From assembly GCF_009914755.1 (NCBI RefSeq), contig NC_060926.1: a stretch of DNA of 64,000 nucleotides. One strand, written 5' to 3'. Made by a program: the position numbers and the translations under genes. Source of the DNA: the human T2T-CHM13v2.0 reference genome, Homo sapiens. Each line of letters begins with the position of its first letter. The stretch's first letter is position 1. The notes beneath the pieces were generated by a model. It made no database searches. It was not told the DNA's origin and worked only from the letters and a program-made list of their open reading frames with translations. Positions 29,789-43,083 of this stretch are shown piece after piece.

Positions 29789-30087
29789 GGAGAAGAAGAA
29801 GAAGGAGAAGAAGAAGAGGGAGAAGAAGAAGAAGGAGAAGAAGGAGAAGGAGAAGAAGGAGAAGGAGAAGGAGAAGAAGAAGAAGAAGAAGAAGGAGAAG
29901 GAGAAGGAGAAGGAGAAGGAGAAGGAGAAGGAGAAGGAGAAGGAGAAGGAGAAGGAGAAGGAGAAGGAGAAGGAGAAGGAGAAGGAGAAGGGGAAGAGGA
30001 AGAGGAAGAAGAAGAAGAAGAAGAAGAAGAAGAAGAAGAAGAAGAAGAAGAAGAAGAAGAAGAAGAAGAAGAAGAAGAAGAAAAAAA
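29789..30087. repeat. Compound polypurine repeat: mixed GAA/GGA, (GAAGGA)16, (GAA)26
   Basis: 299 nt with no pyrimidine on + strand; (GAAGGA)16 at 29891-29986; (GAA)26 at 30005-30082. Confidence 0.97.
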
Positions 30088-31788
30088 TGTCTGCAGCATA
30101 TTAAATTGCAATAAAAGCTTTCCAGAAACTAGATAGACTATGGACTGTACCCTAAAATGTGTCAGTCCTTGCTGTCATATAGCTCACACATATATTTAGT
30201 GAAACAAGTCAGGTTCAAAATTTGATTAGATGTATATACTCTCTTCAAACTTAAAAGCAGCCAGTAAGAAAAATAAGGCTCACTGAATTTATTAATACAA
30301 GTACTGACACTTTCCATCCTTAATTTTACCAGCAGTTCTAATACATTTTAACCTACCAAGCAATACCCCTGGTACATGTAGCCTGGGAAAGCCTCGCCTG
30401 AATCAGTGACCTTTCCAGGGTATAGGATTAACAATGAGTCTGACTCTCACCAAGATAAAGCCGTACCTTTCTTCACATTCAAAGGATGAGGGCAATTGCC
30501 TGCAATCAGTGGTGAATACAGCCTGTCTACACTGCCAGAGGCCTGCCAATCACTCCTCCCTCCTTTAAAAAGATGGTTTTAAGGGCAGACTGGAATTTTT
30601 CAGGAGAGAACAAACCAATGGCAGTCAAGTTCAGGCAGAAAAAATAGGAAGACAGGGCAATCTGTTTTATTTCAGGTGGATTACAAAATCTGTTTGCAAC
30701 AAGACAGCCTAAAATTCTCCATTTTCATGATTATTTTCTTGCTTAGTCTTAGTTCTGAAATATGTCCTTGATAGCAGACTCTATGAATCTTTAATTTAAA
30801 ATCCTTCATTCTTTATTCAATGGACCGGTGTGGAGCCCACGCCAGGTTCTAGCATTACAATTTTTGCCTAGTAAAAACTCCTAATCTTTCACCCCCATTG
30901 TTTTTAATCAATGGACTCAGCCATAAACTATCAAGCCTGTGAAGGTAGGATGATTTGTTTAATTTTAAAAGGATTTGAGAGTTATTTCAGTTTGGCAGAA
31001 GTCAGTTACATGTTGTACTGTTTTCTTTCCAAAGCTGATTCATTCTGACTGGTTATTTAGGGGGAGTAGGAGAATGTGGCCGTTGACCTAGTAAGATGGA
31101 GGCAGTAATGACAAGTATTACAAATTTGAGAATAAATGAAGTGATGCTTTTTTCAGACCTTATAATCCAGACTACTCAATCCCCAAAGATTCTTCAAGAT
31201 TACAGACACATAAACTTTTCATATTTAGCACCATTAATACACAGGCTTAGGGTTTTTTGGACACAAGTTCACATGACTGTCTCTCAGTGTGCAAAAGAAC
31301 AGCAGCTGATTTAAGAGTGAGAGCAAGGTACAGAGCCTTCCTGCAGTTCATGCAGGTACAATTAGAAATGTCTTCTCTCTCATATCTTTATTTATTCTTT
31401 TTTTTTCATCTGGAAGCAGGACAATTGCTCTTAAATTAACCTTGTCAGGACTTCATGGCCATCACAGTAATAGGCATAAATTCTAATTTGGTCCCCGGAT
31501 CATATTTCCTGTTGGTATTTTAGTTTTAAATAGGCATCTAAGTCTGTGCCTCCACCAGTCTCCTAATTTTGAAACCCCTTTCTGCCCTTTTGGTTTCTAG
31601 TTCTTCCATGACAGAGTTATCCAAAGGGAGTATAGGATTTCTCCAACAAAGCGTAATTCACTTCATAGGCCACAGCGGAAATCTGACCCCCTCACCACAA
31701 TCAACAAGAATCAAGCCATTAGGACTCTCAGAAAGTTGCTAATCACTCCTTTTTTACCCTTTGGATCAGAGAGCAACTCAGGACTTAC

Positions 31789-31856
31789 CCCTCCTTCCAG
31801 AGGGCTTGCTATCCACCCAAGTTCTCCCTGAACAGATCTGGAATCCAATAAGGTAA
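31789..31856 (-). CDS. EPHA4: EPHA4 exon 2 (68 nt)
   Basis: Polypyrimidine tract and TTGCAG| acceptor at 31857; encodes (V)[22 protein letters not shown]; donor GGG|GTAAGT at 31789/31788. 91+68=159 nt restores phase 0. Confidence 0.97.
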
Positions 31857-33777
31857 CTGCAAAAAACAAAAGAAAAATAGATGAATTTCCAATTGCAAAA
31901 AGCCAATAACACAAAAACCATTTGCCTGAGCGTTTCCATATGTGCTGAGGCTGTGCATATCCAACACTGATCAAAACCTAAACTTGGGCTCACTTATGTA
32001 AATAATCATTACTCATTTGATCTTCTCCCCCTCTTTAAATCTGCAGGTTCTTATTTATTCAACTTGCTTAGCATTTAAAATTCCATCCTAGGACTCACTT
32101 GATTCATTTTTCTAAAAAGGATGAATAGAGAATCTGAAGTACAATTCAAAAAGATAAATACATCTATGTAGAGCAGTTACACTCCAGAGCAAAATCTGCA
32201 TTCATCTCTGTCTGGTATCTACTAGAATTATTTGTTTTTGCAAGTTTCAGATGACCACATAACTCATCAGGGTGACAGAGCCACAAGTGAATTCTCTCTT
32301 CTATCAGAGAGTATCCTATCCAAAGGGTCAGGAAAAGGCTCTCCCTAACATTTTCCCTTCCACAACCAAGTAAATAGTCCCTGAATATGGTATCCGCTGC
32401 TTTTTTAAATATCAAAGTTTCAGAAAGAGGGAATGCCAGACGTGCAGAATCAGAATGCAAACGTACCGAAAGTATTCTCTCTTTCTCAAGATGTGTTGGG
32501 GGACAATCAGAGACTCGTCTTCCACCCGTAGGAAATCACTGGCTTGAATTTTAGGTATGGAGTGCTGCCTAACGGCTTTAGTGTGCTTGTGCTACACCTG
32601 AGTGCGTCAAAGCTTGGGGGGAAGGGAGGACAGCCCACCGAGCTGCGGTACCCCGCTCAGGCTAGAAGAGCGCTAGGTAAGGGGAACATCCAAAGGGACG
32701 CAATGAATTCAAAACCTCTCTTTCCCACCGAGATCTGCAGTCCTGGGGGTCGAAAGGCCCACCTCAAAGGAACCACTGGGTTATTAATTTGATCAGCCAG
32801 GCTGGCTCTTCAGGCTGGGGGAGGGGTGGGAATGGGAAGCCGCCATCCGTGCTCATGCGCACCCCAACACTCAAGCTTACCCCCAGACCCCTGGATTCTG
32901 CCCACTTTCCCTCTCATTTCACCTCAAAGTCAATGGAGTTAAAAATCAGTCTCTTTCCCCTACTTTTCCCGGGGAGTCTGAATTCCTGGGGTCTGTTAAT
33001 GATTTTAAAATGTAGAGCCTTCCCTGGGTCGCTCCCGCCTGGAGTTCCCGCCCCCTTCCCTCCTCTCCTCTCCCCACCGCCAACCCCCACCGCAACCATT
33101 CTCTTCTCTCTGTCCCTAGAGAAAAGCCCGCTACATCCATTTGGATTTATGTAAGGTGGATTAGGGACACAAAGGAAACAATAAGACCCAATTTACAAAA
33201 AAAGGAGGGAGTAGAAAGGGAGGGTAAAAGAGAGAAAAGGAAACGTGATGGGAATAGAAAGCAACAAAGTGAATTAATTTTTAAGGGGGAGGTGGGGGAG
33301 GGGAGGGGAACAGACCTCCCTCCCTCCCCTTCAACATTAGCCTAGGGCTCTCAGAGCCTTTTTGTCTTGGGCTCCCAAGTTTTTCTCCCCCCCCCAGAAA
33401 AAGAGGGGGTTTAAAAAAAAGAAAGAAAACAGTCTCTACATCTGGGGCGAGAGAGGTCTCAGGGGACGTCCTAACAAGTGTGTGAAGTGGCCAGGAGAAC
33501 GCGGGATCCACGATTCCTCTCAGGGGAATGAATAACCCTAGGGACCGAGGGGCGGCGACGGCCGAGATGGCACCAGAACCACCAGAAGCCACGTCGGAAG
33601 GAGATGGGAGATCCAGAGGGCGAGAGAGAGCCCCTTTCCTCCCAAGCGATGTCTGTGGGCAGGTGTATAAATCTCTCAGAGCCTCCGTCTGGAGGGCTCC
33701 GGGTACCGGCTGCCCAGCCAAGGCTAAGTTGGTTTTTGGCTCCCTCCTTCGGAACAGAGAAAACGATGATTACACAG

Positions 33778-34015
33778 GGATGGATGGACGGATGTCTGGA
33801 GAGATGGAAAGATGAATGGATGGATGGATGGGTGGATGGATGGATAGATGAATGGGTGGATGGATGGAGGGATGGATGGACGGACGGACGGACAGATATA
33901 TGGATGGATGCATTATGGATGGATGCATGGACGGACGGACGGATGCACGGAGAGATGGATGGATGCATGGATGGATAGATAGACGGATGGACGGACGGAT
34001 AGATAGATGGATGCC
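33778..34015. repeat. Degenerate (GGAT/GGAC/AGAT)n tetranucleotide repeat
   Basis: ggatggacggatg...gatagatagatggatg array in intron 1. Confidence 0.92.
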
Positions 34016-34099
34016 GGAAAGGAGAAGAATGAGAGACGGATGTGAGACTAGATGCACGCAGGCCAGAGCACCAGCATACGCTGGAACAGAGCACGAGCA

Positions 34100-34342
34100 T
34101 ACACTCGAACACACGCGCACACACTCAGGACATCTGCGCACAGACATACAATCCTCCGCGTCCGCTTCCACGCAGGCATTCGCGCACCTACATACACGCA
34201 GTTGCACGCGCGCGCACACACACAGGCACACACACGCAGACATGCACACACACGCAGACATGCACACACACCACACATGCAGACATGCACACACACGCAG
34301 ACATGCACACACACACCACACATACACACACACACACACACA
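34100..34342. repeat. Degenerate (CA)n / alternating purine-pyrimidine repeat
   Basis: cacacacgcagacatg units, tgcacgcgcgcgcacacacaca, and a terminal (CA)n run. Confidence 0.9.
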
Positions 34343-35172
34343 GTTCGCCTCTCCCTGGGTTTCTCAGAAACTAAATGATCACCGCCCCCCCGCCCCGCCC
34401 CACCTCCCGACACAGACACACAGGCACATACAATCCTCCCAGCACGTCCGAACGGATGCACAGAAAACTGAGCACCCAGACGGGTCCCGTCGACCCCGCA
34501 CGTTAGCTCTAAACTGTGTGCAATTCTGGGGCGAAAAGCTAAAACTCGACTGCGTTCAACTTGCCGGCGGGTTCCCCAAGTCTGCGGGGCGAAGAGCTCG
34601 GGCCCCTCAGGCCCGCAATCGCACCCTCGGGGCGCTGGGCTTGGCGAGGAGAAAGGTGTCTGACTCCGGGTGCTAGAAATCAGGTCACTGGCGCCTGACG
34701 AGCGGCGCCACGACCGCTGCGCTGCGGAGCAGGCCCCGCAGCCCGGTCCCGAGAAGCGCAGGGCTCGGGAAACTTTGCAGAAACCAGAGCTCGAAAGGCT
34801 TTCGCTAGAATCCGGGAGCACCAAGCCTTCACTGTGCTCCAGGCTGCGTTTTCCCCTCGCCCCGGGCTGGCTCAGGAGAGGACGTGGTTCTTGTAATTTT
34901 TTTTTTAAATCCCGGCGTTGTCTCCCGTGCATCCCCTCAGGGCGCCTCGAGCGGGCCTCTCTGGCGGATGCTGATAAACTTTGGCCTTTGGTTACAAACT
35001 TGGACAGACCCGCCGCGTGCACGGGTCACCGCCTCGGGGCAGGCTGTCCGGCGGTTCCCCGCTGCCCCTTCGCCGATCCCCTCGCCTCAGCCCCCTTCTC
35101 CCGAATCGGGACGCACCATTCACACTGGGCTCCCCCCGCACCACCTGGCCCTGCGCTCCTGAGGACCCCTCA

Positions 35173-35349
<177 letters not shown>

Positions 35350-35399
35350 CTATCCCAGTGGAATAAATGCTTAAGTTAGGAGAGCAGCGGGCTGAAGAC

Positions 35400-35605
35400 A
35401 TTGCCAAGGGGGCGGGCCCGGCCGGTGACGTGAGCCCGCCAGTCCGGGGCCCGCGGCCAATGGCGGCGCAGACAGGGCGGCCGAGGCCCCGCCTTCACCG
35501 AGCAGGGCCCGCCCCAGGGTTCCGCCCCCTCCGGGCTCCACGGGGCGCGCGGTCTCCCGGGGCTCTAGGGGGCGAGCACGGCCGGGTCCCCGCCCCCGCC
35601 TGCCG
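35400..35605 (-). promoter_or_regulatory. EPHA4 proximal promoter: GC boxes, CRE-like site, CCAAT box, EGR site
   Basis: GGGGGCGGG 35408-35416; TGACGTGA 35426-35433; CCAAT 35457-35461; further GC boxes ~35485-35530; perfect EGR consensus GCGGGGGCG on minus strand at 35591-35599. No obvious TATA box. Confidence 0.65.
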
Positions 35606-36760
35606 GAGGGAGCCAGCGGGATCCCCCACGTTACCTCGAAGGTCGAGCCCCTGGACGGCGGAGGGACTTTGGAAAAGCTCGGAATTGACCGAGGGGAGCC
35701 AGAGAAGAGGTTGGAAACCTTTTCTCCCACCACGGGCGGTTTAAGATGGAGGAAAACGCTCTTTTATTGAAATAAAAGAAGTCTAAGCTGACCTGCGGTT
35801 GCTTCTTTAGGAGAGTCGACGTGTCTGCGTCCAGCGCGCCCGGGCTGAGCTGCAGACTCGCGCCTGCCACCGCCACCCTCTGCCACCTTGCCCTGTTTTG
35901 TCTTTATGGCGCTTCCCCCTCTGAAATACTCTTTGCGGGGAGTTTTGTGGCTCTATCACTCGCTTCTTCCCTGGCTCCCCAGATGCCTGGAGAGCGGGGA
36001 CCTACTTGGTCCCCAACGTCCAGTCCGCAGCAGGGCTCCGTCACTGTCTCCAGAGACTGAACGAATGACTTTCTAGCAGTAAGGAAGTCCCCGCTGGCCC
36101 CGTCCCCCTGCACACGCCGTGGACCTCGCCCAGGGCCCAGGACGCCCCGAGATGGCCTTGGGCTGCAGGGAACCAGTTGTGGATTTCCCGGGGGCAGGGT
36201 TGGGGGCAGTCCCTGGAACCGGGCCTAGCCCGTCTGGGAGCGGTGGGGTAGAAGTGAAAGGCTTAAGTGTGGGTGCGGGGACTTGCAGCCGCACAGACAA
36301 GGCAGACCGGGACTGGGAAGCTGCCCGGAGCGGCTGCTGCGACTCTCCGCTCCGACCTAGCCGGGGCAGCCCTCCCTGCCCCGGGAGAAGACGGCGAGCA
36401 GGAGGACCCGCAGAGCCCCGCCCGGCTGCTCCGGCCCCGGGGGCACTGGCACCATCGGGCTGTGGTCTTTTCCCGATGCCCGAGCCGTGGACGCGGCCAC
36501 CTAAGAGCGGTCCGGCGAAGGCAGCGCAGCCGGTGTCCCAGGGACCGGTCCCCAACGCCACTCGGTGCATTTCCCCAGGCGCTGGCAGGGGCACTGATTC
36601 CTAGCAATGAGGCCTCCCTTCCCCTTCCCAGGCCGCCCCTCCTCTGACTCCCTCCAGAGCAGGGCCGAGTTTTCCTGGGGAGCCTGGGTCCCGGCGGCCG
36701 GGCGGCCGCTGGGAGGTGGAGGAGCCTCTCCAGCCCCGGCCGCAGCTCATCGTGAGCCAA

Positions 36761-36779
36761 CCGCGCCACCTGCCGGCCA
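36761..36779 (-). promoter_or_regulatory. Candidate CTCF binding site
   Basis: Minus strand reads TGGCCGGCAGGTGGCGCGG, matching the CTCF core CC(A/G)(C/G)CAG(A/G)(G/T)GGC(G/A)C at every position. Confidence 0.6.
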
Positions 36780-38799
36780 GATGCGGGAGTGTGCGGCCCC
36801 GGAGGAAGGGCGAGCGGACAAAGACCGCAACCCGCAATCCGCAACCCCGCAGAGAGGTGGTGCGTGCGTTTGGGCGAGCTTTTCAGCCACCGCCAAGTCT
36901 CGTGCACTAGGGCTACTCCTACCGTGGGGCTGCGGACAGCGCTCAAGAGGTCCTGGAGTCTGTCGTGACTCTCGCCTGCTGGATTTCAAAAGATGGAATC
37001 GGAAAGCGTTTCAAGGAGAAACTCCTAACAAACCTTCCGGGGGTTGCCTGAGTGGCTGCTCTCGGAAAAGCGGATCCTAAATAAAGCGGGAGGGTTATAG
37101 GGCGACGTCGAGGAGAGGACAGGTCTCGAGTCACTGCTACAGTTTCAGGTCACTGGGCTCCGCAGCAGATCGTGTTTTCTCCCGTGGCTCGAGAGCTGCG
37201 CTGGTTTCTCATGCAAACTCAGAGCCGAGCTAATGACATGAGCAACTTTTACTTTTACACAAGATGAGCACGCGTGCCGAGGCGCTGGGCGGCGGCTGTG
37301 TGAGTTGGTGGCCCAGACGAGCAGCTTGTGCGAGACTCTGGGCATTTCGGTTTCTAGATACAAGATTTGCTTAAATGTCACAGTCCAAAGAAGTGGATTT
37401 CAGTCATTGTAGCTACTGATTGCACACAAGTAAAAAGGGAAAAAATATGTACTCGGGGGATATATGTATGTGTGTGTGCGTGCATAAATTATTTAAAATA
37501 ACTGCACTAAATCCCTTTAAGAAATGCATTTCTGGGTTCTTTCATGTGTCTTTCTGAGTTTTACAGAAAAAGAAGACGAATATTGGTCCCTGTCATTTGG
37601 CACACAGATTCAAAAGAGAAAAGAGCAATCCGAATTCTTTTTGAAACCTTTTTAAACAATAGATGCTGGCTGCCTCTCTGCAGGATCTTGAGTGTTGCAT
37701 GTATCTATCTGTGTTTGAAACGGGAAACTGACTGCCTGCATTGTTATAAACAGTAAAATTTCTAAAACATGTACCATTTTTTTCCCCAGGATATGCACAT
37801 TGAATATTAAACAAAGTCTTTCCAGACACAGCTGCCTGAAAGCAAGGCATCATTTGCTAGAGTACATTCACTGACTTTCCCTTTTTTCTTCCTATGTTTT
37901 AGTTCAGGACCCAAGGCAGCCCGATAATCAGGAGAACCAAGAAGCAGGAAATGCTAACTTGGAAAAACTGAACTATAACTTCCTCTTTAAATCATTTCTG
38001 GGTTGCAGAACAGAAATGAGCTGCTGAAAATTCCTCTGTCCATTGTGACTACCTAGAACAAAGGTGTTCTAACCTAGCAGATATGATTCCTTGAAGAGTA
38101 AGGCAAAATTTTAAAAATGATGGTGGACAAAGGCCACCATCAATGCAGAAAACCACCCACATTATGGGAAGACAACCTGGAGTTTTCAAATGTTGGAGAC
38201 TGTTTACAACACATCAACGGAGTCATAAGGATACAATGGAATATCATACCTTTAAAAAAGTACCTAAAATCACCTAATTTTAAAATAAAATTGCTTTACT
38301 CTTGAGTAAGACAAGTCTTACTACAGTAAAAATTTGGGGTTATTTTGAATACACTAAGAAACATGTCAAAACATATCTGCTTACACACTTAATGAAAATA
38401 GTAATTGAATAATCTGAAAACAATGATATACTTTTTTTTATACAGTGCCTACCACAAACGTTTGAGCTACGAAGTACCTTGTAAATGCTGAATTGAATTA
38501 AGATTGAATTCCAAAGGTGTTTTTAATCCGTAAAAGACGTTTGTAAATAGCACCAAGCATCCCGGGGTTTCCACCTGTATGTGGAGGGCCAATTTCACCA
38601 AAGTAAAGAGAAAGGAGCCTTTGACCCGTAGACAAATAATGATAAGGAGGGTGTATGAAAGACTGGAGAGACAGAGAGAATAAGAAGATGAATCCACTCT
38701 GCTTTTTCTAGGCATCCTGGTGGATTTTTTGTGAAAAAAATGGAACCTGCCCATAGTGCTCCAATGACTCCCTGAGTTCTCTTTTAGAGAACCAGAACT

Positions 38800-39000
38800 T
38801 TCAATTCAGACAACCCCAATTTGATACTTTAGCTGGGCTTTTTCTAGCTGTGTGTCTTTAAGTTCCTTGACCTCTCTGAGATATGGTTTTCTCATCTACA
38901 AATTGTAGATAGTTAACATTATATGGTTCTTCTAAATACTGAATGAATGTTATAGAGCTTCTGGTATAGTACCTGGCGTGTGTTAGCCAGCTGTTATTAC
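38800..39000 (+). mobile_element. MIR fragment
   Basis: ctagctgtgtgtctttaagttccttgacctctctgag...tttctcatctacaaatt. Confidence 0.65.
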
Positions 39001-39003
39001 TCA

Positions 39004-39312
39004 TTTTTATTTTTATTTTTATTTTATGAGACAGGGTCTCACTCAGGTCACCCAGGCTGGATTGCAGTGGTGTGATCATGGCTCACCACAGCCTCACCCT
39101 CCCCAGGCTCACGTGATACTCTCACCTCAGCCTCCTGGATACCTAGAACTACAGATGTGTGCCACCACACCTGGCTAATTTTTTGTATTTTTAGTAAAGA
39201 TGGGGTTTCACCATGTTGCCCAGGCTGGTCTCAAAATCCTGGGCTCAAGCAATCCTCCTGCCTCATCCTCCTAAAATGCTGGGATTATAGTCATGAGCCA
39301 CCATGCCTGGCT
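39004..39312 (-). mobile_element. AluJ
   Basis: Inverted Alu with gacagggtctcactc and gtgatcatggctcac. Confidence 0.9.
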
Positions 39313-39967
39313 ATTGTTTCTGTAAAATAATATTTAATTAATAAGCATTCACATTTTGAAATGAGAAATCATTTGTTCAGCTTGAATTGTTCCTTCCAGA
39401 AGGAAACCAAGCACTGTGATTTACCTTTCGTGCTCCATGAGAAAATAAGATGCTTTATTTTATTAACTCCTAGAGTAGGGAAGGGAAATAAATTCTAAAT
39501 TCTTCTCTTCTTTTATTGTTGATTTATGACAGCTGACATCCAACTTTTATATTCCTAGGTAATTCCACTGGATTTGGACCTAGAGGCTATGCTTGTCTTC
39601 AAATAGAATAGTGTAAAAAATACGTGAAAGAAGGTGTGAGGAATCCAGAGTCCCACAACCAAGTGGTAATGAATAACCAAAGCTCTACCTAATGAAATTC
39701 CCACCGTTGTTAGAAAACGCTTCTACCACAAGCTACTGCATCTTAAATATACAAATTTGACACAACAATTGGTGGGCTTCCGGAAGCCCCCAGGAAACCT
39801 AACTGCAGAGTTCATCCTTTGATGTCAAGGCTTTGATGCTGTTTGTTATGCAAATAAGAAGCAGGACACTTATGAGCCCTTTACACCTGAGTGGGAAAAA
39901 AAATGGCTGCAGAGCTCAGGTCTTCATGCATCAAGAGGATGAGAGAGCAAGACAAAGCAAGAGGCCT

Positions 39968-40272
39968 TTTTTTGTTTGTTTGTTTCATTTTTTTAATAAG
40001 TTGTTGGGGTATAGGTGGTATTTAGCTACATGAGTAAGTTCTTCAGTGGAGATTTGTGAGATCGTGGTGCCCCCATCACCCGAGCAGTATACATTGCACC
40101 GTATTTGTTGTCTTTTATCCTTTGCCCCCTCCCATCTTCCCCCCAAGTCCCCAAAGTCCACTGTATTATTCTTATGCCTTTGCATCCTCATAGCTTAGTT
40201 CCCACATATCAGTGAGAACTTAGGATGTTTGGTGTTCCATTCCTGAGTTACTTCACTTAGAATAATAATCTC
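39968..40272 (-). mobile_element. L1PB-type 3' end fragment
   Basis: ttggggtataggtggtattt...gtaagttcttcagtgg...aagtccccaaagtccactgt...cattcctgagttacttcacttagaataat. Confidence 0.82.
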
Positions 40273-40372
40273 TTTTGCATCACTGAGGTGAGGAGGGGCA
40301 GACAGGAAGGTTGCAGTTCTCAAGGGAGCAAGGCTTTTCTAAAACTTCATTTGATGCCGTCCGTGAATTTTA

Positions 40373-40801
<429 letters not shown>

Positions 40802-41259
40802 TCAGTTCAGTTCTGTAATAACTCTAGATCCCTCTCAGGAACATTTTGCAGAGACAATGTGTCCTTCTGGAGGAGAAATTAGAGGAGATAATTTGCATCT
40901 CTTTTTGGCTGCATTGAGAAAATGAGTTAAAGTAAAACATCAGAACAATTTTATGTTTTAGGCATGAAAGCCATTCCCCAAAAGAAGTGTAAAATGCTTT
41001 TTACTTGAAACCTTTCAATATAACACCTCTGAACTGAGGTTCACTCATTCTAACTCAAAATGCCAACACAAAGCTGCAAGCCCCAGATATTAAATATTTT
41101 AGCTATTAAACACTTTTAATATTTAACAGCCATGTTACTTTGTGGTTATCAGAAGAGTTTTGGAATTATAGTTGTCTTATGATGAAAAATGAATAATATA
41201 TGTGATACATGTGTGATATACGTGTGAATAAAATTAAGCTGGCACAATTTTTTTAGCCA

Positions 41260-41564
41260 CTTTTTTTTTTTTTTTTTTTTTTGAGACAGAATCTCACTGT
41301 GTCACCCAGGCTGACTGGATTGCAGTGGTGGGATCTTGGCTCACTACAACCTCTACCTCCGGGGCTCAAGCACTCCTCCCATCTCAGGCTCCTGAGTAAC
41401 TGGGACTACAAGCACATGCCACCATGCCCAGCTAATTTTTAAAATTTTTTTGTAAAGGTATGGTCTTACTGTGTTGCCCAGGCTACTCTTCAACTCCTGG
41501 TCCCAAGTGATCCTCCTGCCTCGGTCTCCCAAAGTGTTGGGATTACAGGCATAAGCCACCAGCC
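41260..41564 (-). mobile_element. AluJ
   Basis: Poly-T plus a diverged inverted Alu; TSD ttttagccact. Confidence 0.9.
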
Positions 41565-42670
41565 ATTTTAGCCACTCTTAAGGGAGAAATAATTGTCCGA
41601 TCAGATCTCCAATTTATAGAGGTATTGCAATAGTATTCTGAAAAACAATGTGTAATTACGATACAATGTTGTAAGAAAGAAAATAATATGGTTATGAACA
41701 TAATTTATGATTTACTACATAATGACAACGTAAGTTTGGAAACCTAACTTTTCCTTTCCCCATCATAATCTAAAGCATTTACAAAGCACTTATGTTCCAA
41801 ACAAATATTTTGTAATTTCAGAAGATCTCTGAACATTCTAAAGATGTCTAAAATGACAGATAATGCATTTCTTTATGTACAGTACAAATCCTTTAGATGC
41901 TTGCTTAGATAACGGAATAAGTGTACTTATAAAGAAAATGTTACTTTTGAAATCATATTTATATCTTATTTCTTTAATCTAACCATTTGTACCAGTTAGT
42001 AAATAAGAAAAAGCCTTTTCCCTGCTAAAGATTATGCCTTTGACCATTTATTCAAATGGACTAAAGAGGGAACTCAGTGAAAACTCCAAGAAACATAGTA
42101 TAGGCTTTTCCCGAAATTACATAGTATTTGGCTCCACAGTAAATTAGTGAAACCTTATTAAAATCAGTTGGACAAAAACTCTCTAGATACAGAAATACCA
42201 AAGTGACATTTATAAATATGGTTTGGTTAAAACTGACATTTTTGGGGGACTTTCTGGACATATTACATTTAAAAACAATGAAGAATTTATCTAAAATAAG
42301 TGTTAACTCAGGAGTCTATAGACAAAGATATGTCATACAACTTAACAATGTAAAGTGATATGTGGAATCACTTTCTCTTCGACCTTGGCTATCTCTGCAC
42401 AAATAAATGGGCTTAATTCAGGCAAACAATGTGTTATTTGAAGTAAGAAGGTAAAAAGAAATTCAGTTAGTAACGGATCATTTGACTCAAACTGACATTT
42501 AAGGTATCTCAATTCAACCATTTGTTTTTCTTCATATTCAACTCCGTATGTATACGCACCCCAGGTTTTTCTTTTGCAGAAGAAGGAGTTAAAAATAAGG
42601 CATTAAAATATAGAGGATGATATTTCTACACCATTGATTATTTAAATCTGTGGCTCTATATAAAAGTAGC

Positions 42671-43083
<413 letters not shown>

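Noticed and set aside
29731-30136. Poly-Glu/Gly, poly-Arg and poly-Ser/Pro ORFs
   Set aside because: Stop-free readings of the GAA/GGA repeat; no splice or homology support.
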